DNA of 63,676 nucleotides, filler included, from Squatina squatina (taxonomy: Eukaryota), in the NCBI GenBank assembly GCA_031763465.1. It is 4 parts of 4 records of this genome, joined end to end, with 100 filler letters (N's around TTAATTAATTAA, not from the genome) between each part and the next. Parts side by side here need not be neighbours in the genome. Positions count along the whole stretch, not along the records: positions 1 to 13,752 come from JARFOE010000013.1; positions 13,853 to 27,606 come from JARFOE010000176.1; 2 more parts are not named here. One strand, given 5' to 3'. The translations under genes and the position numbers were made by a program. Below, piece after piece: positions 13,606 through 25,556 of this stretch (position 1 is its first letter; the number at the start of each line of letters is the position of its first letter). A model generated the notes under the pieces. That model was given only the letters and a program-made list of their open reading frames with translations. It made no database searches and was not told where the DNA came from.

Positions 13606-13752
13606 CTGTCAGGGTCCTCTGTCTTTTGCATGTTGAAGAGAAGTGAAGGAACAATCTTATCCATGTGCTGAGGTTCCCAGATTATAGTCTGCAGCTCATC
13701 ATTGACCGTTTTCCGTACGACTCCTTGAATACCCTTGATGCCTGCAATCCTA
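13606..13752 (-). CDS. EFR3A: EFR3 homolog A, internal exon truncated at segment end (RIAGIKGIQGVVRKTVNDELQTIIWEPQHMDKIVPSLLFNMQKTEDPD)
   Basis: GIQGVVRKTVNDEL..IWEPQHMDKIVPSLLFNMQK matches EFR3A; AG|GTTAG donor at 13604-13605; 5' part cut by the linker. Confidence 0.95.
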
Positions 13753-13852
13753 NNNNNNNNNNNNNNNNNNNNNNNNNNNNNNNNNNNNNNNNNNNNTTAA
13801 TTAATTAANNNNNNNNNNNNNNNNNNNNNNNNNNNNNNNNNNNNNNNNNNNN
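13753..13852. other. Artificial linker N44-TTAATTAATTAA-N44
   Basis: Exactly 100 bp; the 12-mer gives stops in all six frames; identical structure occurs three times. Confidence 0.97.
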
Positions 13853-16800
13853 TTCCCAACACGTCCCATTGCCAAAAAACAAAAACAATCTGACAAATCA
13901 GGCAAATATAGCTGCACAGAAAATTGATACATAAACCAATACAAAAGTTGGCAGCATAAAGATATTGGAAAAAATAGAAGTCAGCTCTTTAAAAGCTCCT
14001 ATATGCACAGAATTTCTCTTTTCACCCGCTCAAAAAGGACGGGCTTGAGTGTACAGTGAGATCCAGTTCTAAAGAACATATGAGTTTATATTTATATAAA
14101 TTAAGCCCTTGTACAAATATTAAAATGAAGCTGTCACAGCACAATGTGTGAGAGCAATCTAAGCAGACATTAAACCCAACCAGAAAATCCTGTGTGATGG
14201 GGTTCTGCTGACAACTGGGCAGCTTAAAGCACCACTAAATTTCCTGTTGTCTGCCAGAATCACGTGGTAGGAATGACCCCACCACCTGGAAACCTTCCTC
14301 TCTGAAGTCTGGTTTTTATAGCAGAACTCCTTTTACCAATTATTTATGTATTTTATGTGGAAACATTCATTACTAAGCTTTACAATTAATTTTCATCAAA
14401 CCTCAGAATTCACACCATGATTCTATCCCTTGCCCAATCTCATCCTACCTTTTCTTTGATTTTGGAATTAACCAAAGGTGGTAACCCTTTTCAAAACATA
14501 GCTTAATTTAAAAAAAAGAAAATAGCTTTTATGAAAGTGCAGGAAGGTACATTCTACTTTGACTACCGCTGTAATGCAAAAGGTGTCTTAGCCATTGAAG
14601 AGGAAAGTGTGGGTGTGATCAAATTACACAATTTGTCTTTGAGATCTTTACATGGTGCTGCTTAAGTGAAACCAGTAAAAGGATCTGGTTGAGGGATGAG
14701 AAATGAAGAGTGCTTGTAATGCGAAAATGTAAAAGAAAGTGTAGGCTGAGGACGGGGTGATCCTCCAGGTGAAGTTTGTATAAGCGTTAACCGAGACTGA
14801 GGCTCTGACTAAGTCTATAGTAATAGATAGGAATCAAATGACTCATTCTTTTGTCCTTTAAACAGGGGTCATATTGCACACAATTTGAGATTGCTTATTG
14901 AAGCACTCTATGTAAGATATACAATGTACAGATTGGAGAGGCTTATGTTTTTGCTTTCAAACCCATAATGCTGCTAATGGTAACCTTTCATAAAAACAGG
15001 CACAAATACCACGGAAAATATTTTACTGTAGCTAATAAATAATGAAGCATATATATTATAGGTTTTTTCCATTTTATTTTTCAACCAATTTTCTCCCATT
15101 CCCCTCTCTTGAAAATGTGGACACCCTGCTGTGGTCTGATTTTTTAAAGTAGAAATCCTTTTTCCACATACTTCTATGTCTAATGATGTGGAAGTTTTAA
15201 TTATTTTCACATAACTTTGTACACTATTTGCACATGGGTTCTGGTGTTGATAATCTTTTGGCTTCTGTTGTTTTATTGAATTAAACCATATACATAGTGT
15301 AGGGGCATGTAACTTGTGAATATTTTCATAAAATTTATGGACAATCATGGCCACGATCCTGTGTCCTATCTCAAAAATATATAGTTAGCATGTACTTTCT
15401 TCCTTGTAACTTATCCTTTATCTTGGGTCCACCCAGCACCTTTCACCACAAATCTTAGTTTAAATACAACCCAGAATGATGGCATGAAAGTCTCTGAATG
15501 TTGGATGCAAGACAGTGGTCTCTCCTTATCCAAAAGGAGGGACAGTAACTTTCAGTGCTGCAAGTCGTTCCAGTAACCTAGACTGCTGTGCCGTGGGCCC
15601 ATGCAAGTGGGAGCTAGATTGTGATTGCTCAATACAAGTGTGAACAATCTCAACCCAGGTCCTATTGGCATGAGCCCATGGCACCAAACTGTGCCGAACT
15701 GCCACTAAATTGGTGCGGAAATGGCACACTGGTGTTTTTCTGTCACTGGGACGGATGCCAAACATTGGGGCAAAGGACAGTGGTATTAATTGGTAATTAC
15801 TGACTCGGGATTGATGGGATTATCATTTGGTGCCTAAGATGGAAAGTGCGTCAGTTCTCAATACAAGTTCTTCAATGCGAAACAAAGTTTTAAAAAGTTA
15901 CATGCATGTGATGAATGCACAACCTTCACACCAAAATCTAAATGCAGGATATTTTAAACAGTCCTCTCTCCTTGCTTGAATGAGTCCTTCCAGGATTTCT
16001 CTCCTTTCAATTAGCCCTTTACCCACTGTTGTTTATATTCTCTTTCATGTGCAGATGAGTGAGAGAGGTTCAATCAGCCCAGTCAGTCAGAACATGTTTC
16101 ATAAACATTGCATAGAGTAAACAATGCAAAAATTCAAATGCAAAATTCCACTTGACACACTTACAGGTCGGTCATTCATGCCTCTGCAGCCAGTGAAGCA
16201 GTTTGCGAAGCCACTGTTCCCTACATTAAAACAGTGACGACACTTCAAAAAGTACTTCATTGGTTGAAAAGCTCTTTGGGATGTCCAGTGGTCGTGAAAG
16301 GCTCTATATAAATGCAAGTCTTTCTTTCTCTCAGCATCAAGTCTCTTGTCCGATGAAAGGAACTTCAGGGCTGGGAGCCTCTCAGTTGTGTGTTTACCTT
16401 CATTCTTTTATTTTAGCCCTTTGCCCTTTGTTAAGCCCCACCAGTCCACCAACTTTTTAGCACAGTTCAGTTCCTGCAAAAAGAATCCTATTTTTAAGTT
16501 AAAAGTTATTTACAATAACACAGAGAAAGAAATCTTGCAGTTGATCCAAACCTTTCAGAACGCAATTAACATTTTTTTTAAAGAAACGTTGCTCAAAACG
16601 AAAGACACTTTATTGTCCTCTTTCTCCTATAAGTTGGTCATTTCCAGGAAATGTGGAAAGACTTTCATTTCTATAGTGCCTTTCATGACCACCAGATGTC
16701 CCAAAGCACTTTACAGCCATGAAGTACTTTTTTGAAGTGTNNNNNNNNNNNNNNNNNNNNNNNNNNNNNNNNNNNNNNNNNNNNNNNNNNNNNNNNNNNN

Positions 16801-17815
16801 NNNNNNNNNNNNNNNNNNNNNNNNNNNNNNNNNNNNNNNNTGCTTCACATAAAAGAGGTACATAGTTCATGTAAGTTTCTAAAGGAAGATCTTGGCCATT
16901 CCAGGAGCTGTTTTTCTTATTTAGAGAACAGCCAAAATAATCATAATGGGTTGGATATGAAATAAGTCAGGAAATAGATAATTGATTTCATGATTTAATC
17001 CCTGGTTAAGTTTTACAATTCCTGGAAGGAATACAGCATGAATATCTTTTCACCCAGGGCAGAAAACATTTGGCACCTGAGTTTTCTGTTAGCGTGTTGT
17101 TGAACTGGCAGTATGAATTGGCTGAGCTTCGTGCATGTGTCAATCTCCACATCCTGTGCTGCTTTCTTCCCAGCTGTAGGTCCCTGGTATAGGACAAACT
17201 GGAGGTAATTTGTTTCATTTTAATTGCTGCTCTCCTGTACAGCTCCTATTCAATGGAGGGAATGAAGCTAATGACCAGGTCTGGGAATAAAGCTCCTATT
17301 GTGCCGAGTCAGTGGCTTCTTGTTCTCAAGTCTGTCTACATAAGCATTTGAATGGAAATGACTGCTGCAATTGGACAGGTTCTCCAACCTGCTTTTGGCA
17401 ATAAAGTTTTTCCCCCTGAAAGATAAACATAAAAGATCACACACTGGAGTCTGAACTCTCCCACTCTCATGCTGGAATGTCTCCATGAAAGTTATGTGCC
17501 AGATATGCAGATAATATCAAACTGCAGGGTTTAGTGCATCTGTAGGGTTGTAATTTCTCAACTGAATTGGACTATGATATCTCTGCCCTGCTCAAGTCAC
17601 TAGAATCTGAGGCGTCAGTAGTTATGCATCCTTACCATCGAACAAAGATAAACACAAGTGTCTACACTATCACGCTCAAGTGACCTTGTCTGCTGTGAAT
17701 ATATACAAAAAGGTTAACTTTGATATAAGGTGGAGATAACATTCCACTGCATCTAAGCACATTAAATATATTACTTCCATATAATTATTGTTTTGGCAGA
17801 TGGAGTGCAGAAAAT

Positions 17816-18522
17816 GGGGCCGAAATTCCCTGGCGTGCACTTAAAATGCGTATGGGGCGAGAGCCGACAATTCCCCGAATTCGGTGCTCAGGTATGCCCG
17901 CGGGATGCAGCGCACTCATGGATGTGTGACCAAGGTCAGACGCCAGTGGCGTGGCTTCAGTGCCACGCCAGCAGTGTCCAAAACGTCACATCAGCGCGTT
18001 GCGTGCTGACATCAGCAGGATAGCCAGGCCTCTCTTAAAGGGGAGGGCTGCCGGCCATCCTGAGCGCACTACGCAGGGCCACCAGGGCCGCCAGCGACCG
18101 GGCCACCAGGCTGGCACACCAGTTGGCATATCAGGTGAGATGATGGTGGCCTGATCCGGCCGAGGGGCCGCCATTTATCCAAATAACAATGGTGGCTGGA
18201 GGCGCAGATGCCCTCCCCTTTAAGGGCCCCATTGCAGTGACAGGTTTTACTGTCGCTGCAACCGCCCATGGGTGAATTTTGCCCACGGGATGCAAGTGAA
18301 ACGCTGAGGGCGTTGCGGCTCTGCGGTGCGGGTCAGTGCACGTCTTGATGATGTCACGTGCTGAACCGCCACGCAATTCAGCTGGGTAGGTGCAAAGACC
18401 TTTGCGCCCAGCTGAATTTCGGGGGAGGCAAGATGGCCGCCTCCCGACGCCTTTGTTTTAATGTCCCATTAGCGCCCCTCGGAGGTGCTAATGGGACGTT
18501 AAAGGAGACCAATTTCGGCCCC
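17816..18522. mobile_element. GC-rich MITE / non-autonomous DNA transposon, probably PIF/Harbinger
   Basis: Perfect terminal inverted repeat GGGGCCGAAATT (17816-17827) / AATTTCGGCCCC (18511-18522) bounding a CpG-rich ~707-bp block in AT-rich DNA; related end at ~25657-25730. Confidence 0.8.
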
Positions 18523-19289
18523 ATTATTTTTTTAATTTCGCTTTTACTGTTCCTTAAAAGAATGTTTAAATAGAAACGCTAGATTAAAGATGATATGGTT
18601 TAGTATAACTTCCCCCCGCCCCCTTAAATTGTTTTTTTAACTTTAATCTCTCTTCTCCTGCAGTGGTGAGTTACGCTGGGATGGGTACTGAGTGCCATCC
18701 ACTGTCTCACCCAAATGCCAATTTTCATATGTGAACCTTCAAAGGCAAGTCAGCAGGGTATTTGACTGTAAGGGCAAGACCAATCCTATCCTCAGCTTAC
18801 ATCCATATAGATACATGCCAATTGTAGCAGCCCTGCTGGCATTCCAGCTTGTATCACCTAACCCGGTGGTTAAATGCACCACTTAATGTAATACTTGAGC
18901 CATAATAGACCAGTAAAGATCCAGCTTTTGATCCTTGGTCTATACTGACTGAGCTGATCTCAGCTCGGGTAGCAGCACGGTTGTTACAATTGACCTAAGT
19001 GTTCCTGGCCTAGTTAGGGAAAAACGTCCCTGCTTCTGATCACTATATCCAACATTCACTGTTCAAGCTACTTGGGTGAGGTATTGGTGAACTTCCACTG
19101 CTTGTGGAATGATACCCGAACAAGAGTCAGTGGTTTCGGTAAAGGAAGGAACAAAGTTGGTGTGGAAAATGAATAGGAGTGTATACTTTTCTTTCTGTGA
19201 ACTGTGTGTCTTCACCTACAGTAAGCTTCCTATTTCAGAATGGTCACAAATTGCCCGGGACTAAATGTGACCTATTGAAAAATTTTAAA

Positions 19290-19729
19290 AGAAGAAAGAA
19301 CTTGCATTTAAACAATGCCTTTCACAACCTCAGGACATCCCAAAGCACTTCACAGTCAATGAAGTACATTTTGAAGTGTAGTCATTGTTGTAATGTAGGA
19401 AATCGTAACAGTCAATTTGCATACAAGCAACATGAGATAAATGACCAGATAATCTATTTCAATTATGCAGGTTGAGGGATAACTTTTGGCCAGAACATTA
19501 GAAGAATTTCCCTGCTGTTCTTCAAATAGTGTCATGGTATCTTTTACATCCACCTGAGAGGATACTCAGGAACTTGGTTTAGCATCTCATCTGAAAGTTG
19601 GCACCTCCGACAGTGCAGTACTCCTTCAGTGTCAGCCTACATTGTGTACCTGAGTCTCTGGGGTGGGGTTTCAGTCCACAGCCTTCTAACTCAGTGGTGA
19701 AAGTGCTGCCACTGAGCCAAGGCTGACAC
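19290..19729 (-). mobile_element. DeuSINE (SacSINE1-like), near full length
   Basis: Reverse complement aligns end to end with 46-481; partial tails also at ~16215-16330 (+), 16650-16740 (-), 27460-27595 (-), 30770-30860 (+). Confidence 0.8.
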
Positions 19730-20159
19730 TTTGAAGAGATAAAGAAGTTAATTTCTATTTAATGAGCAGCTGCTCAGTCTAAACTATTAAGTTGCGTCTG
19801 TTAATTACATGTGGAATTTATTTGTATTTTAATTCAAAGGAAAAATTACACACACATAACCTGTGTGAGAAATGATTTGCTTAATATGCACTGTTAATTT
19901 GGATCAATTTGGCTCTGATTTGCATTGTGCAGCTGGACTCTGAATCAAGAGTGGTTGAAGCAGAATAAGTTGCTGTGAGAGATGAGCAACATAGCACTGC
20001 CATGTGAGCCACAGAGGCAAGTGTAGGACTGAATCACAAAACCAAAGCCTGGAATTAACNNNNNNNNNNNNNNNNNNNNNNNNNNNNNNNNNNNNNNNNN
20101 NNNNNNNNNNNNNNNNNNNNNNNNNNNNNNNNNNNNNNNNNNNNNNNNNNNNNNNNNNN

Positions 20160-20335
20160 CTAATCGAAAGATGAGGTACTGTTCCTCGAGCATGATGAGC
20201 ATCATTCGAACAATATATGAGGTCAAGGTCAGAGAGGTCAGAGTGGAGTGGGGAATTAAAATGTCTGGCAACCGGAAGCTCAGGGTCATGCTTACAGACT
20301 AAGTGGAGGTATTCCACAAAGCAATCACCCAATCT
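20160..20335 (-). mobile_element. Penelope-like element, GIY-YIG endonuclease 3' fragment
   Basis: LGDCFVEYLHLVCKHDPELPVARHFNSPLHSDLS..EEQYLIFRL; homologous to 59215-59400. Confidence 0.8.
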
Positions 20336-20339
20336 GGGT

Positions 20340-21632
20340 GTCTCATCACATGCAGATTACGTCTCTATGCTATCCTCTAAATTACACGAGGTGTCAGTAT
20401 CTGAGCTGGTAGCTGCGAGTGTGAAATCGAGGGATGGTGTTTCTTCATCAGTATCTTGTTGCTCTTCCACCACTGCTTGGGCAGGTTGCAGTTTTTGGGT
20501 ATCTGGAATGAGAAAGGTACAGGGTAAGGTTGAGGGGAGAGGGAAAAGTAAGAGGTACATGCTTTCACCACCTGCAGCTTGGAAATCAGAAGAGATTGAT
20601 GAGAGGGAAGTGGGATGTGAGAAGCAGGATTAGCTATGAGGATACCGTCATTTTCTTTGATTTCTGTCCCGTTCTAGCCATGACCTCAGCAATGGCCGTT
20701 CCAATAATAGGCAGTACCGTCTCCTTCATGAGCGTAAGGACATGTAGGTGCACCTGCCCCCCACCAGTTACCTGCTGCAGTACATTGTCCCTCAAGAGCA
20801 AGGGAAGTGTGTTAGTGAGTGTCATGCAATCTGTCTGGGTGATGTCACTGTCATGATTGAGTAGCTGGCATTGTGTGCAAGCTGTGAGATGTGGGTGTGA
20901 GGTTCGCAGCAGTGCTAAGAAGGTGAAGTGAAGCTATGAAAGTTAAGTATGAGTCCTGATTGATAGAGATTAATGGTAGGTGAGTAATGGGGTGTGGTGC
21001 ATTGAGCAGTGGCTGAAGCTAGTGGTACAATTGGTAGGATATGGTATTTGAAGATGCATTCACTGACCTTGACCACTCGTGTGAGTACATTGAACTTTTT
21101 CCGGCATTGCATCCAGGTTCTCGGGGCCTGTCTCCTGGCATTGACTGCCATAGCCATCTACTCCCACTGTCTGAGCGTGTGTCTGGAGCGCCTCCTGGCC
21201 ACTGTGTAGATATGGCGCATCTCTCCTCCTTTCCACCTCCTCCACAAAGGCCTCTAGTGCAGTATCGGAAAACTTTGGAGCTGCTCTCTCCCATGTTGTG
21301 CCATTATTGAGTGCTTCCTAGGTCAGAAACAGTTGTAGAACGACTTCCAGCACCTGCTCCAGCTGCAGTGCACCTCCCCTTGAAGAGGTGCAGGTTGACT
21401 TTAAGCAGTGCAAGCTAGCTTTAACTGGTGCTAGCCTTTCACAATTTTGGGCCTCCCTGTTGAGCCATACAGTCAATCAACAGCATGATTAGCGCTGGCT
21501 GCAGGCAGCAATCATGTAAATGAGCAGGTAGCATGAAGTTGGCATGCTGCCTGCATTACATTGAAGGGATGTGGGTTAATCGAGCATCGCGATCCCTGTG
21601 CCCGTTTTCGCGGGTTATCAAATTTAGCCCCC
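20340..21632 (-). mobile_element. PIF/Harbinger transposon 5' part with decayed spliced Myb/SANT-like gene
   Basis: Terminus GGGGGCTAAATTTGA at ~21632; exon 1 (~21304-21068) AAPKFSDTALEAFVEEVERRRD../..WE*MAMAVNARRQAPRTWMQCRKKFNVLTRVVK|GT with frameshift and stop; further exon-like blocks ~20785-20645 (TGGGQ..LTLMKETVLPIIG) and ~20503-20357 (acidic, S/T-rich). Confidence 0.78.
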
Positions 21633-22719
21633 AGTGCCTTAACAACTGAAGGAAAAACTCAGACCTCCAATTTTCATAATGACTGTGGCAGAACTAAGTG
21701 AGGAACAGTTTGAGACTTTGTACAGAGTAAAACACTTGTAGCTGGAATTTGTTAATATCAGAATTGTTTCTGGAGATATTAACACATTAGGAATGTTTTA
21801 AAAGCGTATCCAATTTAAGCAAGCACTGGTTGTAATTTGGGGTAGGCTGTGCAAGTTGGTCCTCAGAGGTCTATCAGATGATTCTCTTTAAACAAACAGT
21901 GTAACTGAGTGTGGAGTGAGCTACAGGAAAGCACAAACTTGAAATTAAAACCACAATCCTCTGTTTGTCCTTTTATTATCCCAGAGGTAGCAGTGGCAGA
22001 AGCCTTTAAGTTTTCAATCTTTTTCTGTTTGTTTTTCCTTTAAATGCTGGTTTCTTCAGTTAGAAGGTGTACTCAGGTGCCCGGCTACCAGGGAAAAGCT
22101 AAACCACTCATTTAATTATTTTCCCAAGCACAGCGCTAATACAGGAATCTTTTGATCTCCAGAAAAAATAAATTAAGAAAAGGATTAAAGTTAGCTGTTT
22201 CATCTCTCAACCAAACTGTAGCTGAATTTTGAGTAGTTTTTTAATCTCGCTGAGTATATCTCCTACTTTGATCTGTAGTCATAACAAGCGGCCATTAAGA
22301 AGCAGGATAGGAATACATCAATTGCTCATTTCTGTGGGCTGAGAATGAATTCCATGTTCCTCATCCCTTTAGCCTTGAATGAAAGACTGTGGTTAAGAGA
22401 GTCAAACAAGACATTCATCCCATAGTCACCATTGGAATGACAGAATCTTTGACAGATTGATTATTAAATAATAATCCTGGCAGACAGAGTAACAACCATC
22501 ATTCACAAGCAAAGCAGTTTCAGGGTTTGATTTCATTTAATGCTATGAGATGTTCTAAAATCCCAAATGTGGAAAGCATTCAGACATTTGTTCGTAGTCC
22601 CCCTTAANNNNNNNNNNNNNNNNNNNNNNNNNNNNNNNNNNNNNNNNNNNNNNNNNNNNNNNNNNNNNNNNNNNNNNNNNNNNNNNNNNNNNNNNNNNNN
22701 NNNNNNNCAATCAACTCTC

Positions 22720-23218
22720 AATTGAAGCCCTCTTCCAAAGATTTCTATAGTGATTTATAATCCTTGCTGATGTGCTCAGCAATCAGCTACATTAACTTTC
22801 AGAATGGCATGGTGAGGCTGCAATGCTCAGAAGGTGCCGTTTTGAGTGTCAGGGATGTTCCAATCAACTTTCAAGTGAAGCCCTCTTCCAGAGATTCCAT
22901 TAGCGCTGGAAATCAAGAGCTCAAGCATGTCAACACCCAAAAAACAGGACGTTGACACCGCTACTTTTAAGTATCAGCAGCCTTGATGAATTCAGCAACG
23001 GGCGTCCATTTTGGGCGTTGCACCCACTGATGACATCATCCAGACCACAACGCCAAAATGAAAGTTTCCAGCCTTACCAGGTTTGCACCCGTTTAGTGCC
23101 ATTTTTTTGGGGACCCGAATTGGCCAATGTTAAAGTTAGCGCCAAAAATCAACATTAAGTACTTAACGCTGATTTAGTGCTCAGTTAGCACCCAAAGAAA
23201 TCCTCGAATTGGGTGCCC
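22720..23218 (-). mobile_element. Harbinger-type DNA transposon terminal fragment
   Basis: Reverse complement matches 42149-42360 (GGG..CCCAATTCG terminus; GTCATCAGTGGGTGCAACGCCCAA). Confidence 0.7.
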
Positions 23219-24056
23219 ATCAAGTTATACAGTGTTTTATGAAACCATTACGTTGCTGCTGGGCTTGGAAAAATAACCTCAGTTTTTGCAGTGTAAACAT
23301 CATTCTTATTCATTTATTAATTGTACTTTGTTATCTATATACAAAGTAATCTGACATAGTTTATCGAAAAAGTTTACAACATGGCTTTGCTGGCATGTTA
23401 CCAAGATAACAGTGAGGCAGGGAGAAATACTGAAACTTGTAGCAAAAGAGATGTACAACAAAAAAACCAAAATATTATTAAGAATAGGAAATAGAAATTT
23501 CTGAGGTATTCATTTTTGAAACATTCTTTCTAAGTCACCTGTGAGGTGCATGCTGTGAAAACAAAATGCTTTATCAGATGAATTCAAGGTGTACTGAAGC
23601 TATGATAATTGTAATCTTGTTTAAGTCAAAATGAGAAATTTGTATTAACAGACTTGTTCTTTATTTCTGCTGAATCCTGGTACTTTTATTTGTCAATTTT
23701 ATTGTACTTCATATTAGCAGCTTTCTACTAATGGCATTATAACTGAATGATTTGTGTCAATCACCAGCACAATTCATTGCCATTTCTGCTACATATCAAA
23801 ACTTTCAAATGTTTTGTCATCTTTGTAGAAATGCATTAAGTAACTCTTTTAAAAGTGATGCAAACATCTTGTTTTAATTTTTTTAAGTACTAAAACTGAT
23901 TTCAAAGCACAGTCAATGCACAAAGGAGAGATCTGCTGTTAAACTAANNNNNNNNNNNNNNNNNNNNNNNNNNNNNNNNNNNNNNNNNNNNNNNNNNNNN
24001 NNNNNNNNNNNNNNNNNNNNNNNNNNNNNNNNNNNNNNNNNNNNNNNTGACGATTT

Positions 24057-25556
24057 TTACGGGCAGCTAAACTTGAGAAGGACACTCCATGATCCCTCCC
24101 GGTTGACAGAGTCGAAGGCCTTTGTGAGGTCAATTAAGGCCATGTACAGAGGTTGATGCTGCTCTCTGCATTTTTCTTGGACTTGTTGCGCGCTGAAGAT
24201 CATATTCATAGTGCCTTTTAATGGGCGGAATCTACATTCTGACTCTGGGAGGAGCTCTTCAGCCACTGGGAAGAGACGGTTGAGGAGGATTCTTGCCATG
24301 ACCTTCCCAGACAGCAGGGAGACCGCTCTGTAGTTTCCGCAATCGGACTTGTCTCCTTTCTTGAAGATGGTCCTGATTATGGCTTCTTAGATCCCCTGGC
24401 ATGCTTTCCTCCTTCCAGATAAGGGAGATGAGGTCATGGATTCGTGCCAAGAGTATTTCTCCACCATGTTTTAGTATTTCGGTGGGGATTTTGTCTGCGC
24501 TGGAGGGCTTGTTGTTTCTCAGCTGTCGGATGGCCTTTTCAACCTCATGTTGGACCGGGGTTGTGCTGAGATAGTGGTGGGTAGCAAGCTGTGGGATGGA
24601 GTCAAGGACACTTTTTAAGACCAAGTTTGGTTGAGGAGATCCTCAGTGCTCCTTCCAGCGGGCGCTGATTGTCTCTCTGTCCTTGATGAGCACTTCTCCG
24701 TTCTTCGCTCTCAGCGTGATAGATCCTTGTGTGCTTGGGCCGTAGATTGTCTTGACTGCACTAAAGAATCCATGCACATTGTGGTGGACGGCTAGTTGCT
24801 GCATCTCCTGTGCTCTTTCTACCCACCATCTATTCTTTAGGTCCCCAGTTTTCTATTCGATCTCGGCCTTCATTTATCTGTAGATCTGTTTTCTTTCCCT
24901 GGAGTTTTGCTGGTGCTTCCACTTCAAGAACGCCTTGCGTTTACGGTTTAATAGTTCCTGGATCTCCTGGTAGTTCTCGTCAAACCAGTCTTGATGTTTC
25001 CTAGTAGAGAAACCAAGAGGCTCTTCACAGGTGCTGATTATCGTGGACTTCAGGGCAGACCAGGCACTCTGACTCCAATTCGGTGAGTGTCGTCAGGTTG
25101 GTTGTGAGGCGTGACTCAGTAGGGCTTTCTTCACAGGGTCTTTGAGTTCTTCGACATTGATTTTCCTGCGGCAGCATTTCTGTTGCTGCTGCCGTTTTTG
25201 GGCCAAATTGATGGAAATAATAGAGCGGATTAGGCGGTGGTCAGTCCAGCAATTGTCGGCTCCTGTCATGGTGTGGGTGATGCGGACATCCTTGTGATCC
25301 CTCGTTCGAACGAGGACGTAATCTAGCAGGTGCCAATGCCTGGAGTGAGGGTGCTGCCATGAGGTATTGTACTTGCCTCTCTGATGAAATAGGGTGTCAG
25401 TTATGACAAGACCATGTTCTAGGCATTTTGTCAGGAGGAGGATTCCATTGGGGTTTGCTTTCCCTACTCCATCCCTGCAAATCATGTTTTTCCAATGGTT
25501 TGTGTCCCTTCCCTGGCATTGAAATCGCCAAGGAGAATCAGCTTGTCTCCCTTTTG
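24057..25556 (-). mobile_element. RTE-clade LINE, decayed ORF (AP endonuclease end to RT start)
   Basis: KGDKLILLGDFNAR, NPNGILLLTKC, SWQHPHSRHWHLLDYVLVR, CWTDHRLIRS, ADKIPTEILKHGG, LPESECRFRP..MIFSAQQVQEKCREQHQPLYMALIDLTKAFDSVNR; multiple frameshifts; bounded by gaps. Confidence 0.92.

Noticed and set aside
13797-13808. TTAATTAATTAA palindrome as a biological repeat, CRISPR-like unit or homeodomain site
   Set aside because: Always centred in exactly 44+44 Ns; an artificial spacer.
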